NCBI GenBank assembly: GCA_045535815.1
Contig: JAZSMJ010000014.1
Location: 1,696 to 65,695, forward strand
Source: Eubacteriales bacterium
GTDB lineage: Bacteria > Bacillota > Clostridia > Oscillospirales > CAG-272
Reading direction: 5' to 3'
Length of the DNA stretch: 64,000 bases
Translations under genes and position numbers: made by a program
The notes under the pieces: generated by a model
What the model was told of the DNA's origin: nothing
Databases searched by the model: none
Seen by the model: the letters and a program-made list of their open reading frames with translations, nothing else
Part shown: positions 1 to 9,534 of the stretch, in pieces
How the letters are laid out: each line of letters begins with the position of its first letter
Position numbering within the stretch: position 1 is the stretch's first letter

Positions 1-2685
1 AAGGTTGAAGCCAAGTATTGCAACGTCGATAGCATCTCTGTACGTATCCTTGTTTATATCGGACGTTGCATAAGCCGCAATCGAATCTTCCTTTCCAAGA
101 TCTGACACTAACATCGAAACGTCTGTCGCATCTATATATCCGTCTCCGTTTATATTACCCGCAATGTTGAATTCGATCTTGTTTGCTATCATAGCGTTTC
201 CGCTGACGTAAACATTCTTGATTATATTAGGAAGATAACCGGGCTTTCTTACAACGAGATCGTAAGTGCCCTGAGCAACTGCGTTTATCTCAAATTTGTT
301 CTCATTGGAAGCCTGTGCGGTATATACAACCTCACCATCACTTACAAGCTCAACTGTAACGTCAGCACCGTCCTCAACCGTACCTGTAACCGACGTTTTC
401 GGCGCTGTACGCTCTACAGTATCAAGAGTAAAGTTGAACTGATTGGTTCTGAAAAAGAACTTTTCCTGGACCGTAGAGTAATACTCGAGTTGAACGTTCT
501 TTCCGTCCTCGGAGAAGTACATCATACATACCATTCCGGTCGGACGGTCTGATCTGTCTATTTCCTGCGCGTCAATAAGAAAACTCGTTACGGTGTTACC
601 GTTATCGCCGGTCATTTTATTCATAACGACCTGCTCCCACGGATCGTGTCCCGAGAGCACCATTACGATATTATCGTATTTCTTTATAAACTGATCCCAC
701 ATAGCATCAGCATTATTGGGAGCTCCGCATCTTATGGGATACCATCCGTCGCCCTCTTCGGTAAGTGTTCCATCGTGGTAAAGGTATGCGTGAGTGGTTA
801 CTATAACGTTATGGTCGGGATAGGCTTCAACGACCTCGCACGCCCATTCAAGAACATCGTCTGACGCTCCGAAATCAAGGCAGAGGAGAAGATACTTAAC
901 ATCTCCTACTATGATCTCCTGATAGGTATTCTCCATTCTGTTGTTATAGCTTCCGTCAAACGTGTGAGCATACTCTTCGTATGTAAACGTAAGGTTGAAA
1001 TTTCTCATCGAGTCGTGATTTCCTCTTATGAGAGAATACGGGATAACTCCGTCAAGCTTTGTTATATGCTCTTTTGCGAGATTCCATTCGGCTATCGTAT
1101 CGCTGTTTGTTATATCACCGAGACCGAATACGAATTTGATATTCTTCTCTTCCGCATTGTCTACAAGCCAATCGTACAGCTTGGGGAACTCCTCGGGATG
1201 CTTCTCGAGAAGATATTGCGTATCGCCTATTATTGCAAACGAATAGGCATAATCTGTGACCGGCTCCTTATCGGTAAACCAGTTGCCATCCTGAGTATAA
1301 TAAGGCTGAAGATAAACGTCATGTCCATAGGGGCTGAGATCCTCGATCATGGAAGGCTGATCTCCCGCCTTATAGCTCGAAAGGTCGTGATGAACCATAA
1401 GCCCGTCGCTTCCGGGAGCAGTCATATCTGATTTGATCTCATCGGCGGTACGGACATCGCTATATATAGCTAACGATTCAACAACTCCAAGAAAATAGGT
1501 TGAGTTATTATAACGGATATTACCGCCCAGAACGCAGGGCTTCGTTATCGCATAATCTATTGCATATTCAAAATCAACAGTTTCGGCAAGCTCTCCGTTG
1601 AGATAACACATTGCCTTTTTGTTTGCCGAGTCAAGAACTATTGCAAAATGCTCTTTCTTTCCGGGAGTGAGACTAACTCCTGAAAAAGTAAGGTCATATG
1701 CCTTGCCCGCAGCATTTACAAGATACATACGGGGGCTATACTGAGCGGTGATCTCAAAGTTGACGCTATTTGCTTTATAACTATCTGCGTCACCCCAGTT
1801 ACCGTATATAACACCTACACGCTTGGTGGATGAAGCCGTAATCGGTATATGAACGGTTGCTTCATAGGTTTGCGGCATTTTTTCAAGAGCGGAATTTGCC
1901 CGATAGAGCTTTTCTTTCACAAAGGAAAGACCTGTGATCTCCTCATTAGTATAATATGGTCGAAGATAAACGTCATGTCCACAGGGGCTGAGATCCTCGA
2001 TCATGGAAGGCTGATCTCCCGGCTTATAGCTCGAAAGGTCGTGATATACCACAAGGTCGTCGTTTCCGGGAGCAGTCATATCTGATTTGATCTCATCGGC
2101 GGTACGGACATCGCTGTATATAGCTAACGATTCAACAACTCCAAGAAAATAGGATGAGTTATTATTACGGATATTACCGCCCAGAACGCAGGGCTTCGTT
2201 ACAGCATAATCTATTGCATATTCAAAATCTACAGTCTCGGCAAGCTCTCCGTTGAGATAACACATTGCCTTTTTATTTGCCGAGTCGAGAACAATTGCAA
2301 AATGCTCTGTCTTTCCGGGGGTGAGATTAACTCCTGAAAAAGTAAGGTCATATGCCTTGCCCGCAGCATTTACAAAATACATACGGGGTCTGTACTGAGA
2401 GGATATCTCAAAGTTGACGCTATTTGCTTTATAATTATCTGCGTCACCCCAGTTACCGTATATAATACCTACACGCTTGTTTTCTGCAGCCGTTGTCGGT
2501 ATATAAACGGTTGCTTCATAGGTTTGCGGCATTTTTTCAAGAGAGGACCTTGCCTGATAGAGCTTTTCTTTCACAAAGGAAAGGCCTGTGATATCCTCAG
2601 CAGACACCGCAACAACAGATAAGGAAAGAATTACTGTTATTACCGCAATTACCGCTACCAAGATACTAAGCTTCATTGTTTTCAT
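1..2685 (-). CDS. Secreted multidomain dockerin protein (start inside window, C-terminus beyond window start): signal peptide, 2x LamG-like lectin modules, calcineurin-like metallophosphoesterase, CarboxypepD_reg-like beta-sandwich, type I dockerin
   Basis: Absent from the ORF track because it is open at the window edge. Hand translation of the minus strand from ATG 2685 (GGGGGA SD at 2695-2700) gives MKTMKLSILVAVIAVITVILSLSVVAVSAEDITGL. It continues through YEATVYIPTTAAENKRVGIIYGNWGD (LamG-like) and YSFAIIGDTQ..FGLGDITNSD..IRGNHDS (phosphoesterase motifs). It then reads TGTVEDGADVTVELVSDGEVVY..GTYDLVVRKP and GNINGDGYIDATDVSMLV..SDINKDTYRDAIDVAIL (two dockerin Ca-binding repeats). There is no stop through position 1 (895 codons). 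Confidence 0.85.
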   Translation of the reverse strand, partial: MKTMKLSILVAVIAVITVILSLSVVAVSAEDITGLSFVKEKLYQARSSLEKMPQTYEATVYIPTTAAENKRVGIIYGNWGDADNYKANSVNFEISSQYRPRMYFVNAAGKAYDLTFSGVNLTPGKTEHFAIVLDSANKKAMCYLNGELAETVDFEYAIDYAVTKPCVLGGNIRNNNSSYFLGVVESLAIYSDVRTADEIKSDMTAPGNDDLVVYHDLSSYKPGDQPSMIEDLSPCGHDVYLRPYYTNEEITGLSFVKEKLYRANSALEKMPQTYEATVHIPITASSTKRVGVIYGNWGDADSYKANSVNFEITAQYSPRMYLVNAAGKAYDLTFSGVSLTPGKKEHFAIVLDSANKKAMCYLNGELAETVDFEYAIDYAITKPCVLGGNIRYNNSTYFLGVVESLAIYSDVRTADEIKSDMTAPGSDGLMVHHDLSSYKAGDQPSMIEDLSPYGHDVYLQPYYTQDGNWFTDKEPVTDYAYSFAIIGDTQYLLEKHPEEFPKLYDWLVDNAEEKNIKFVFGLGDITNSDTIAEWNLAKEHITKLDGVIPYSLIRGNHDSMRNFNLTFTYEEYAHTFDGSYNNRMENTYQEIIVGDVKYLLLCLDFGASDDVLEWACEVVEAYPDHNVIVTTHAYLYHDGTLTEEGDGWYPIRCGAPNNADAMWDQFIKKYDNIVMVLSGHDPWEQVVMNKMTGDNGNTVTSFLIDAQEIDRSDRPTGMVCMMYFSEDGKNVQLEYYSTVQEKFFFRTNQFNFTLDTVERTAPKTSVTGTVEDGADVTVELVSDGEVVYTAQASNENKFEINAVAQGTYDLVVRKPGYLPNIIKNVYVSGNAMIANKIEFNIAGNINGDGYIDATDVSMLVSDLGKEDSIAAYATSDINKDTYRDAIDVAILGFNL
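1291..2598 (-). repeat. Intragenic tandem duplication, two 654-bp units (1291-1944, 1945-2598), each encoding one ~218-aa LamG-like module
   Basis: By-eye alignment, e.g. 1311-1520 vs 1965-2174, differs at roughly a dozen of 210 positions. Unit boundaries are marked by cacaaaggaaagRcctgtgatMtcctc at 1918-1944 and 2572-2598. Confidence 0.9.
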
Positions 2686-2771
2686 AGATTTGATTCCCCC
2701 AAAAAATTAATGTAAGAAGATTATCCATTTGCTTTAGAATAAAGTTCTAAACATTTTTTATTTTTTGATTA

Positions 2772-2800
2772 ATTGTATCACGCGCATAATGTTTTGTCAA
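2772..2800 (-). promoter_or_regulatory. Sigma-70-type promoter for the dockerin protein gene (TTGACA-17-TACAAT)
   Basis: The minus strand reads TTGACA (2800-2795), a 17-nt spacer, then TACAAT (2777-2772), about 85 nt upstream of ATG 2685. Confidence 0.5.
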
Positions 2801-2816
2801 GGGGGTAAACAAATTT

Positions 2817-4121
2817 TTATTTGTGTGATTTATTATCAAATCGTTTGTTAAATACCGAATACGTCGCCAAAACCACAACAAGAACAATTATCGAAACGAG
2901 CGCCGATAAGAATATATTTTCATTTGGCACAAAAGACTCCGTTCCGTCGCTGTTTATTACAGTTTTGGCATTTGCAAGGACTGTCTTTCCGATATACGGA
3001 CCGATAACACCGGGCACCAGCACCTGAGAAAAGATGCGCACGCCCTGAAACATTCCTGCCTTGCCCTCGGGGGTAAGATCTCGGATTTTTGCACCGAATA
3101 CCGCCATGCCCGACAGATATCCGCACATCATAAGAAGAGAGCCTATGAAAACGAGTGCATCCGACTTAAAGAAGTAAAGAATGATATAACCCACCGCAAG
3201 CCACGCAAGACTGAAGGCAGACGAGTATGAAAATCCCTTTTTATCGTATACTCTGCCCCACAGAGCAGTTGCTACCGACGCCAATATAATGGCTGGCGCC
3301 ATTATGAATACGTAGTTGCTCATACCGAGCGATACCTCGTAATACAAAATGAGGTAGGGCATAAATATCTGAATAGATATATTGAATAATATAAAGGTCG
3401 CAAGGTAGAAATAAAGAGAGCGGTTGCTCTTGATAGTAGACGGCAAAAAGCCGTGAATAACCGTTTTGAGATACCCATCGTCCGATCTCGTAAGCTCAGG
3501 CTCTTTTATAATAAAGCATCCGAGTATACCGACTGCAATAACGACTATTCCGATTATTGCAAAAATAACGCTCCAGCTTTGAGCGCTGTCGAGGTCAAAC
3601 GCCATAAATCCGCCGAACACGGCAAGTATTGCAACAAGAGGCATCATTGCGTTGATTCCCTCTGCAGCGCCTCTGTTTGATGCGTCCGTGCTGTCGGTCA
3701 GCCACGCATTAAACGCAGCATCGTTTGCACTTGAGCCGAAAAAGGTCATTACGCAGTCAAGAATAATAACAAGCGAAACGCCAAGCGATGCTGCCGATAC
3801 AGCCATCGGGAAAACTGCGTTTATTATATCCTCTCGCAAAAGGATAAAGCAAAGTATTGATATTCCCCAAAGGATATATCCTGCACACATAAATATCTTT
3901 CGCTTGCCTATCTTATCGGATGCCGCACCGATGAATACTGTAGTCAGCGTAGCCGACACGGCACTTGCGGCTACCATTGCAGAAATATCCGCAGCGCTTG
4001 CGTTGAACATTTTGTAGATAAAAACGTTCAGATACATATTTTCAACCACCCACGCAACCTGACCGATAAGGCTGAATAACGTAAGCGTAAGCCAGAATTT
4101 TGGAGAAAGCTTGGTTTTCAT
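2817..4121 (-). CDS. MFS transporter (substrate unknown)
   Basis: 434-aa ORF that is hydrophobic throughout with many predicted TM segments. The N-terminus KFWLTLTLFSLIGQVAWVVENMYLNVFIY resembles glycoside/sugar-type MFS proteins. Confidence 0.75.
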   Translation of the reverse strand: MKTKLSPKFWLTLTLFSLIGQVAWVVENMYLNVFIYKMFNASAADISAMVAASAVSATLTTVFIGAASDKIGKRKIFMCAGYILWGISILCFILLREDIINAVFPMAVSAASLGVSLVIILDCVMTFFGSSANDAAFNAWLTDSTDASNRGAAEGINAMMPLVAILAVFGGFMAFDLDSAQSWSVIFAIIGIVVIAVGILGCFIIKEPELTRSDDGYLKTVIHGFLPSTIKSNRSLYFYLATFILFNISIQIFMPYLILYYEVSLGMSNYVFIMAPAIILASVATALWGRVYDKKGFSYSSAFSLAWLAVGYIILYFFKSDALVFIGSLLMMCGYLSGMAVFGAKIRDLTPEGKAGMFQGVRIFSQVLVPGVIGPYIGKTVLANAKTVINSDGTESFVPNENIFLSALVSIIVLVVVLATYSVFNKRFDNKSHK

Positions 4122-4194
4122 AAAATCTTCCTTCCTTTCGGAATAATCTCATAAATAGAATATACCACAAATTGATTTATTTTTCAATTAAATT

Positions 4195-4230
4195 ATAAAA
4201 AGCTTTCCGACTGATCGGAAAGCTCTTTTT
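4195..4230. terminator. Bidirectional rho-independent terminator between the MATE and MFS genes
   Basis: Stem agctttccga (4201-4210) pairs with tcggaaagct (4215-4224). It is flanked by an A-run on one side and a T-run on the other. Confidence 0.7.
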
Positions 4231-4231
4231 G

Positions 4232-5638
4232 TTATTCGTTTTCGCTTAACGCTTGTTTATTTGCTTTTTCAAGCGATCTTCTTTTTATCTCCTTTGCAAC
4301 CTTCATAAGAAGGACTATGCCAAGAATTGCCGCAAGCATATTTACACCCACGAAGTTCAGCCATATGCCGCTAAGACCCATGCTCCAGAGTGCACCGAGA
4401 ATGATAACGGGGAAAATCAGCGCAGTCGATACCGACATAAGCGTTGCAAAAAAAGGCTTTTCTATAGCGCTGAGGAAGCTTTGAGTCGATACCACGAACC
4501 ATCTGAACAGATACGCGAAGCAGAAAAGTCTGATAGCGACTGAGGATTCTGCCAAAAGCATAACGTCCTCCGCCTTTGAAAACAGCGAAGCGACCGTATC
4601 CGAGAAAAAGAACAAAATAGACGTTGACACAAGTCCGACTGTTGCAGTTCCTATGTAGCCGCATTTTGCGATCTTTTTGACTCTTTTATAGTTTTCAGCA
4701 CCCCAGTTATAGCCAATAGATGGAGCAAGTGAGTCGCTTATGCCGTAAAGAAGAGGCCAGCAGAGATCACTCGAATACATCAGCACAGCGTAAACGGCAA
4801 CTGCCGTCGTTCCGCCGTTCTCACCCCAGACCTGCACGCCGAGAGTCATAAGCGATATATTCATCAGAATGGAGGTAACACGCCCTGAGATATTACTGAG
4901 GAACACCGGCGATCCGCAGGCGGCTATCTCCTTAAACATCGCAAGATGAAATTTCGGTTTTGTAAACTGAAGAAGAGTCCTTCGGCGCAGAAAAGGTATC
5001 ATTGCAACAAACGAGCACAGACACATCGAGACAGACGTTGCGAGTGCAGAGCCTACAACGTCCATATCAAGCACGATAAGGAAGAAGGTCAGAAGTCCAA
5101 GCGTTGCAATATTTGAGGCAACGTTTATAACCATGCTGGTCTTTACGTATCCGCTGATACGCAGGTAGTTATCCATAGCAAAGAAGATGGACGATAGCGG
5201 ACTGCACAGCGCACAGGTTCGAAGATATCTCACCGACGTTTCAAGCAGAACGTCGTCTGCTCCCATCATACGGCAAAGTGGCTCTGCCGCAAAAAACATT
5301 ACCGTTCCCATAACGAGCGACGTTATGAAGATCATTATTACAGAACACGAAAAAACGTTATTGGCAGTTTTGTTATCCTTTTTGCCGAGTGCTATGGATA
5401 TCGGCACAGACGCACCGACACCGACAAGATCAGCAAGCGAAAAATTTATCATTACGAGGGGCATTGCGATATTAACCGCCGCAAATGCGCCCTCACCAAG
5501 TCTTTGTCCTATAAAAATGCCCTCAATGATACTGTATATCGACATGGCGAACATACTTATCATTCCGGGCAGCGCCACGATAAAAAACAGCTTCCACGGC
5601 TTCATGGTGGCGTACATAGCCTCTGTATCACGTTTCAT
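4232..5638 (-). CDS. MATE family efflux transporter
   Basis: 468-aa polytopic ORF. The N-terminal KPWKLFFIVALPGMISMFAMSIYSIIEGIFIGQRLGEGAFAAVNIAMPL matches the typical MatE repeat architecture. Confidence 0.8.
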   Translation of the reverse strand: MKRDTEAMYATMKPWKLFFIVALPGMISMFAMSIYSIIEGIFIGQRLGEGAFAAVNIAMPLVMINFSLADLVGVGASVPISIALGKKDNKTANNVFSCSVIMIFITSLVMGTVMFFAAEPLCRMMGADDVLLETSVRYLRTCALCSPLSSIFFAMDNYLRISGYVKTSMVINVASNIATLGLLTFFLIVLDMDVVGSALATSVSMCLCSFVAMIPFLRRRTLLQFTKPKFHLAMFKEIAACGSPVFLSNISGRVTSILMNISLMTLGVQVWGENGGTTAVAVYAVLMYSSDLCWPLLYGISDSLAPSIGYNWGAENYKRVKKIAKCGYIGTATVGLVSTSILFFFSDTVASLFSKAEDVMLLAESSVAIRLFCFAYLFRWFVVSTQSFLSAIEKPFFATLMSVSTALIFPVIILGALWSMGLSGIWLNFVGVNMLAAILGIVLLMKVAKEIKRRSLEKANKQALSENE

Positions 5639-5794
5639 TTTCTTTTCCTCCGAATACAGACGTTTTTGACCAACTTTTTATATTATACTTGATAACCGAT
5701 AAAATTGCAAGAGATAAACATAAGCTGTGCGAAGTTGACTCAAAAAGCCTAACGCTTTTGCGTACTATCCTTAACGAAGAATTAATCTTGGTGT

Positions 5795-5833
5795 ATAGCC
5801 GGAAGTCATAATGGCTTCCGGCTATATGTTTTT
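5795..5833 (+). terminator. Orphan plus-strand rho-independent terminator with no annotated upstream plus-strand gene
   Basis: Stem atagccggaag (5795-5805) pairs with cttccggctat (5815-5825), followed by atgttttt. The nearest upstream gene (MATE) is on the opposite strand. Confidence 0.5.
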
Positions 5834-6054
5834 CGTGTCTTTCCTATACTACCTAACAAGTCAGATAGTATTTATAAAAGAGCGAACTCCCTCATAAGCA
5901 GACTGCTCCTTTACATCTCAGCGAAAATATACTATAATTTAACCAAATCTCAAAATAAACAAATCTCAAAAAATATGTGACCTCCTTCATCCAAATGTCG
6001 ATATATAGGGTGAAGGCCTTCAAAACATAATCTGCACGAAAGGAGAGTAAGGCT

Positions 6055-6615
6055 TTGGAAGACGACAGAATTGTAGCTCTGTACCTCGAAAGAGATGAAG
6101 CAGCACTCACACACACTTCGGAAAAATACGGAAGAAAACTCAAAAACATATCCTACGGCATCACGGAAGATAAACAAGCAGCAGAGGAATGCGAAAACGA
6201 TACATATCTTGAGGCTTGGAATACTATCCCGCCGCAAAATCCGGTGGATTATCTGTTTGCCTATCTTGCACGGATCATCCGGCATATTTCCATTGATGTG
6301 TGCCGTACACGTGGCAGACTGAAGCGAAGCGCGGTCATCACCGAACTGACATTGGAAATGGAAGAATGTATTCCAGCTCCGGATGATACCGCCTGTAAGG
6401 TGGAATATAAGGAACTGGGTGAAGCGATCAGCCGGTATCTCTACACGCTGTCCGAGGAAAAGCAGGTGATTTTCATTCGTCGTTATTGGTATCTCGATTC
6501 TGTGGATGCCATTTCCAGACGGCTGGGTATTGGACAAAGTAAGGTGAAAATGACTCTGCACCGATGCAGGAACGAACTGAGAGCTTACTTGGAGAAGGTG
6601 GGGTACGATTTATGA
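6055..6615 (+). CDS. ECF-type RNA polymerase sigma-70 family factor
   Basis: 186 aa with a TTG start 8 nt after AAGGAGAG. The region-2-like segment is AAEECENDTYLEAWNTIPPQNP. The region-4 HTH is SVDAISRRLGIGQSKVKMTLHRCRNELRAYL. Confidence 0.8.
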   Translation: MEDDRIVALYLERDEAALTHTSEKYGRKLKNISYGITEDKQAAEECENDTYLEAWNTIPPQNPVDYLFAYLARIIRHISIDVCRTRGRLKRSAVITELTLEMEECIPAPDDTACKVEYKELGEAISRYLYTLSEEKQVIFIRRYWYLDSVDAISRRLGIGQSKVKMTLHRCRNELRAYLEKVGYDL

Positions 6616-7769
6616 GAGGAAAAGAAATGTTGGAGGCAGTTGGGTACGTAGAACCCACCTTCATTGAAAAAGGTGAAAAGAAAAAGAGAATTGATTGGAA
6701 GAGGTGGACGGCGATTGCGGCCTGCGCATGTCTTATCCTTGGCGGTGCATTGATATACCGGTACAGTCTCCCACAGTACGCAACGGAAATCCTTTCGATT
6801 TCTGATATGCAGATTGGAATGGGATACGAAGGCTATCAAGTATACAATGTCAATGACATCCGTCGAGACAATCCGACAGACGGTATGAAAATCAAAGCAC
6901 TGAATGCCTATCGGAATACCATATCCTATGATGAACGCCTATATCCCTATGGGCAGGATCTGGATGCGATGAAAGAATATCTTCTGTCATTGGCTGAAAA
7001 ATTCGGACTGGATACCACCTCGCTTGAAATCTTTGATAATGCACCGGGTGAGGGACAGATGCAGGGACTCATCATGGAGTTTGCAAGCAGAGGGCTTGAA
7101 GTACCGGAATATTATTCACTTCCGTATCAGTTATGGGTAAAAACCGAAGAGGTGCAAATCACTGTCGATGCCAATATGACGGCAACGATTATGTTCAATG
7201 AAGGAATCCCTGTTCCCGAGGAGCACCACTTTGATCACTACTCCACTCCCGAAGAATTGACAGCAGTAGCTGAGTATTTGTGGGATCAGTATGGGAACAT
7301 CATTGGGTACGAAGACCCTACGCTCTGTCTTAATGGAGGAAACTATAACACCTATGGTACACAGAAATACACACTGTCCTTCTATGACGGAGAACGAGAC
7401 AAGATTGAAAACTTTGAAAACTATTCCTTCAACCACACGGAATTTACGCCGAGTATTATTCGCATCTACAGCGATATGGCTCTGGAAAAGATCGGCTTGT
7501 ACCCGATCATCAGCGAAGAGGAAGCTATGCAGCTTCTTCTGGACGGACAGTATTACACCAATGTTATGGAAGAATTCCCGGGTGAGACTGCCGTAGAGCG
7601 CTGCGAAATCGTGTACCGCACCAGGGGCTACGATAAAATTATGATGCCGTTCTACCGTTTCTACGTGTATCTTGAAAACGCGCCCGGAATGCATCTGCAC
7701 CCCGAAGGAATGAAGACCTACGGTGCGTACTACGTTCCGGCAGTGGATCCGGCATATCTGGAGAAGTAA
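6612..7769 (+). CDS. Putative membrane-anchored anti-sigma factor with a large extracytoplasmic domain of unknown fold
   Basis: ATG 6612 overlaps the sigma gene stop (ATGA). A short cytoplasmic N-terminus is followed by one TM segment (WTAIAACACLILGGALIYRY) and a ~330-aa C-terminal domain. The role is inferred from position only. Confidence 0.5.
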   Translation: MRGKEMLEAVGYVEPTFIEKGEKKKRIDWKRWTAIAACACLILGGALIYRYSLPQYATEILSISDMQIGMGYEGYQVYNVNDIRRDNPTDGMKIKALNAYRNTISYDERLYPYGQDLDAMKEYLLSLAEKFGLDTTSLEIFDNAPGEGQMQGLIMEFASRGLEVPEYYSLPYQLWVKTEEVQITVDANMTATIMFNEGIPVPEEHHFDHYSTPEELTAVAEYLWDQYGNIIGYEDPTLCLNGGNYNTYGTQKYTLSFYDGERDKIENFENYSFNHTEFTPSIIRIYSDMALEKIGLYPIISEEEAMQLLLDGQYYTNVMEEFPGETAVERCEIVYRTRGYDKIMMPFYRFYVYLENAPGMHLHPEGMKTYGAYYVPAVDPAYLEK

Positions 7770-7811
7770 CGGTCAAGCACAGCCGTACCCGTGATTCAGG
7801 AACTAATATTT

Positions 7812-8261
7812 ATGTACAATACAATAACTGAAAACTATACCCTATACGAACAAGCCTGCTCAAAGTGCATTGACGATATGTATCACATAGCCTACCTCGC
7901 ACTTGTAGATGCGGATGCTGCGGAAAAGCTCGTCACCGAAATCTGCGTGACCGGCGTACACAAATACGACAATCTGGAAGATGAGGCGTCTATCCGTTTC
8001 CGCCTTACTTCTGATCTGTATCACCGTTTGAAGCGCAAACTGTGGTTCCTTACGCCAAATACAGATGCACTTCCGGAATATCTGCAGACTCTGACCAAAC
8101 AGGATCGGCTTATTATTGCCATGCGATTTTTATCAGGGTTGTCTGTATCAGATTCCGGACAAATACTTAAGTTGTCTAAGGCAGAGTACCGTAGACTTGT
8201 AAATGATGTTATGCATAAACAAATAGCTGCGCGGAATGGATTAAGAGAAAACTTAAAATAA
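7812..8261 (+). CDS. Small sigma-70-like protein (region 2-like plus region 4 HTH), second sigma-type gene of the module
   Basis: About 149 aa from ATG 7812. It contains LALVDADAAEKLVTEICVTG (r2-like) and LTKQDRLIIAMRFLSGLSVSDSGQILKLSKAEYRRLVNDV (r4-like). Confidence 0.5.
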   Translation: MYNTITENYTLYEQACSKCIDDMYHIAYLALVDADAAEKLVTEICVTGVHKYDNLEDEASIRFRLTSDLYHRLKRKLWFLTPNTDALPEYLQTLTKQDRLIIAMRFLSGLSVSDSGQILKLSKAEYRRLVNDVMHKQIAARNGLRENLK

Positions 8262-8278
8262 ACTTATCAGATAAAGAA

Positions 8279-8316
8279 TAATCCATCACAGACTTTCCCC
8301 TGTGATGGATTTTCTT
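8279..8316 (+). terminator. Rho-independent terminator of the sigma module
   Basis: Stem atccatcaca (8281-8290) pairs with tgtgatggat (8301-8310), followed by tttctt. Confidence 0.7.
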
Positions 8317-8399
8317 ATCCTATTCGGTTATTATATTCTCTTGCAAAGGACATCGCCTTTTCGCGTTAGGCTTTTTGAAATGTATATATAAAGCAATAA

Positions 8400-9284
8400 T
8401 CAGTAGCACTGTAAAACAAGCCAAACTTTATCAAAGTTGCATTCTTTCAAGTCCTGCTTTCGAATATAGAAATAAAGATTACCAAGATCTCCAAACATCA
8501 GCTCGTATTCTTCATCTTGTATAGATGACATTTGGAACAGTAATATCCAATCGGTTGCAGATTTTTTAATATCTTTTTTTATATCGTCGGGTGTATTTTG
8601 GTAGCTTTCCGCGTCACCGCAATACAATCCCCTTGTAGTTCTCTCACACTCGGTCAAAATTTCACCTTGAATAAGGTCAGCGTATCCAAGAAGCTTATTC
8701 CGTTCACTATTTATCTCATACCCCCTCTTTTCAACAGCTTCATCGTATGTATCCCAATCGCAATCAATATCACTATAACAATCAAACTCATCAAAACTCG
8801 GGTAAGAATTCCTTGCTGAGAAAGACAAATCATATTCTTTAATTTTATATTCATCCTTCAAATCATTTGGAAAATCAGCAAAATCAAGCTTGCTCACATC
8901 ATTAAAGTAATATACATGTGAGCATCCCTTATCAGCCGGATCAAATCCCCAACGCATAGACCCCTGCTCATAGAAGAAAAGGAGCATGCCTGTATTTGGG
9001 AGCAAGTTTTCTTTGTCGTATGCACTAATCTCTTCAAGATTTATCTGACAGAGAAAAGAAAGCGGTCTGTTTGCCATTTCTCCGTCATAACTCTTCGCTT
9101 CAAAGTATGGCCATTCAAAGCCTGCGGGAACAGCAGGCTTTCCGCCAAACTTGCTTTTTTGAGGAGTACCATCCTGCTGTGCTTTGCACATAATAACAGA
9201 TATTTCATTTCTGCTTAAGATATCCAAAATTTGATCTAACTTTTGATTTTTCTTTTCTTTTGCTTTTTTCTTGAAACCAAACAT
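8400..9284 (-). CDS. DUF1963 (YwqG-like) domain protein
   Basis: 294 aa. SKFGGKPAVPAGFEWPYFE and later LLFQMSSIQDEEYELMFGDLGNLYFYI match my recollection of the YwqG/DUF1963 family. Confidence 0.65.
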   Translation of the reverse strand: MFGFKKKAKEKKNQKLDQILDILSRNEISVIMCKAQQDGTPQKSKFGGKPAVPAGFEWPYFEAKSYDGEMANRPLSFLCQINLEEISAYDKENLLPNTGMLLFFYEQGSMRWGFDPADKGCSHVYYFNDVSKLDFADFPNDLKDEYKIKEYDLSFSARNSYPSFDEFDCYSDIDCDWDTYDEAVEKRGYEINSERNKLLGYADLIQGEILTECERTTRGLYCGDAESYQNTPDDIKKDIKKSATDWILLFQMSSIQDEEYELMFGDLGNLYFYIRKQDLKECNFDKVWLVLQCY

Positions 9285-9534
9285 ATTCTTTCTCCTTATT
9301 CACTTCGAGGTTTTCCTTGACTTAACAGATTACTAATCTTCTGTTTCATATGTATTATACAACGATTCAGTAAATATTTCAATAAAAGCTAAAAATCGCC
9401 CCGAGCTTCGTCCGAGGAGATTTTTGTGATGTAACTGCGATTTGGATGCACGCTAATTCTGCAGAGAGTACACTTATACTTAGCGGTGATTAAATTGCGA
9501 TACGGTGATGTTTTCTTTATACGTAATGCTTCTT

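Noticed and set aside
646-2085. Plus-strand ORFs of 72-155 aa listed in the track (646-864, 964-1431, 1028-1246, 1849-2085).
   Set aside because: They lie antisense inside the long minus-strand dockerin protein gene, whose translation shows clear domain motifs. They have low-complexity, repeat-mirroring sequences and no SD. I treat them as shadow ORFs.
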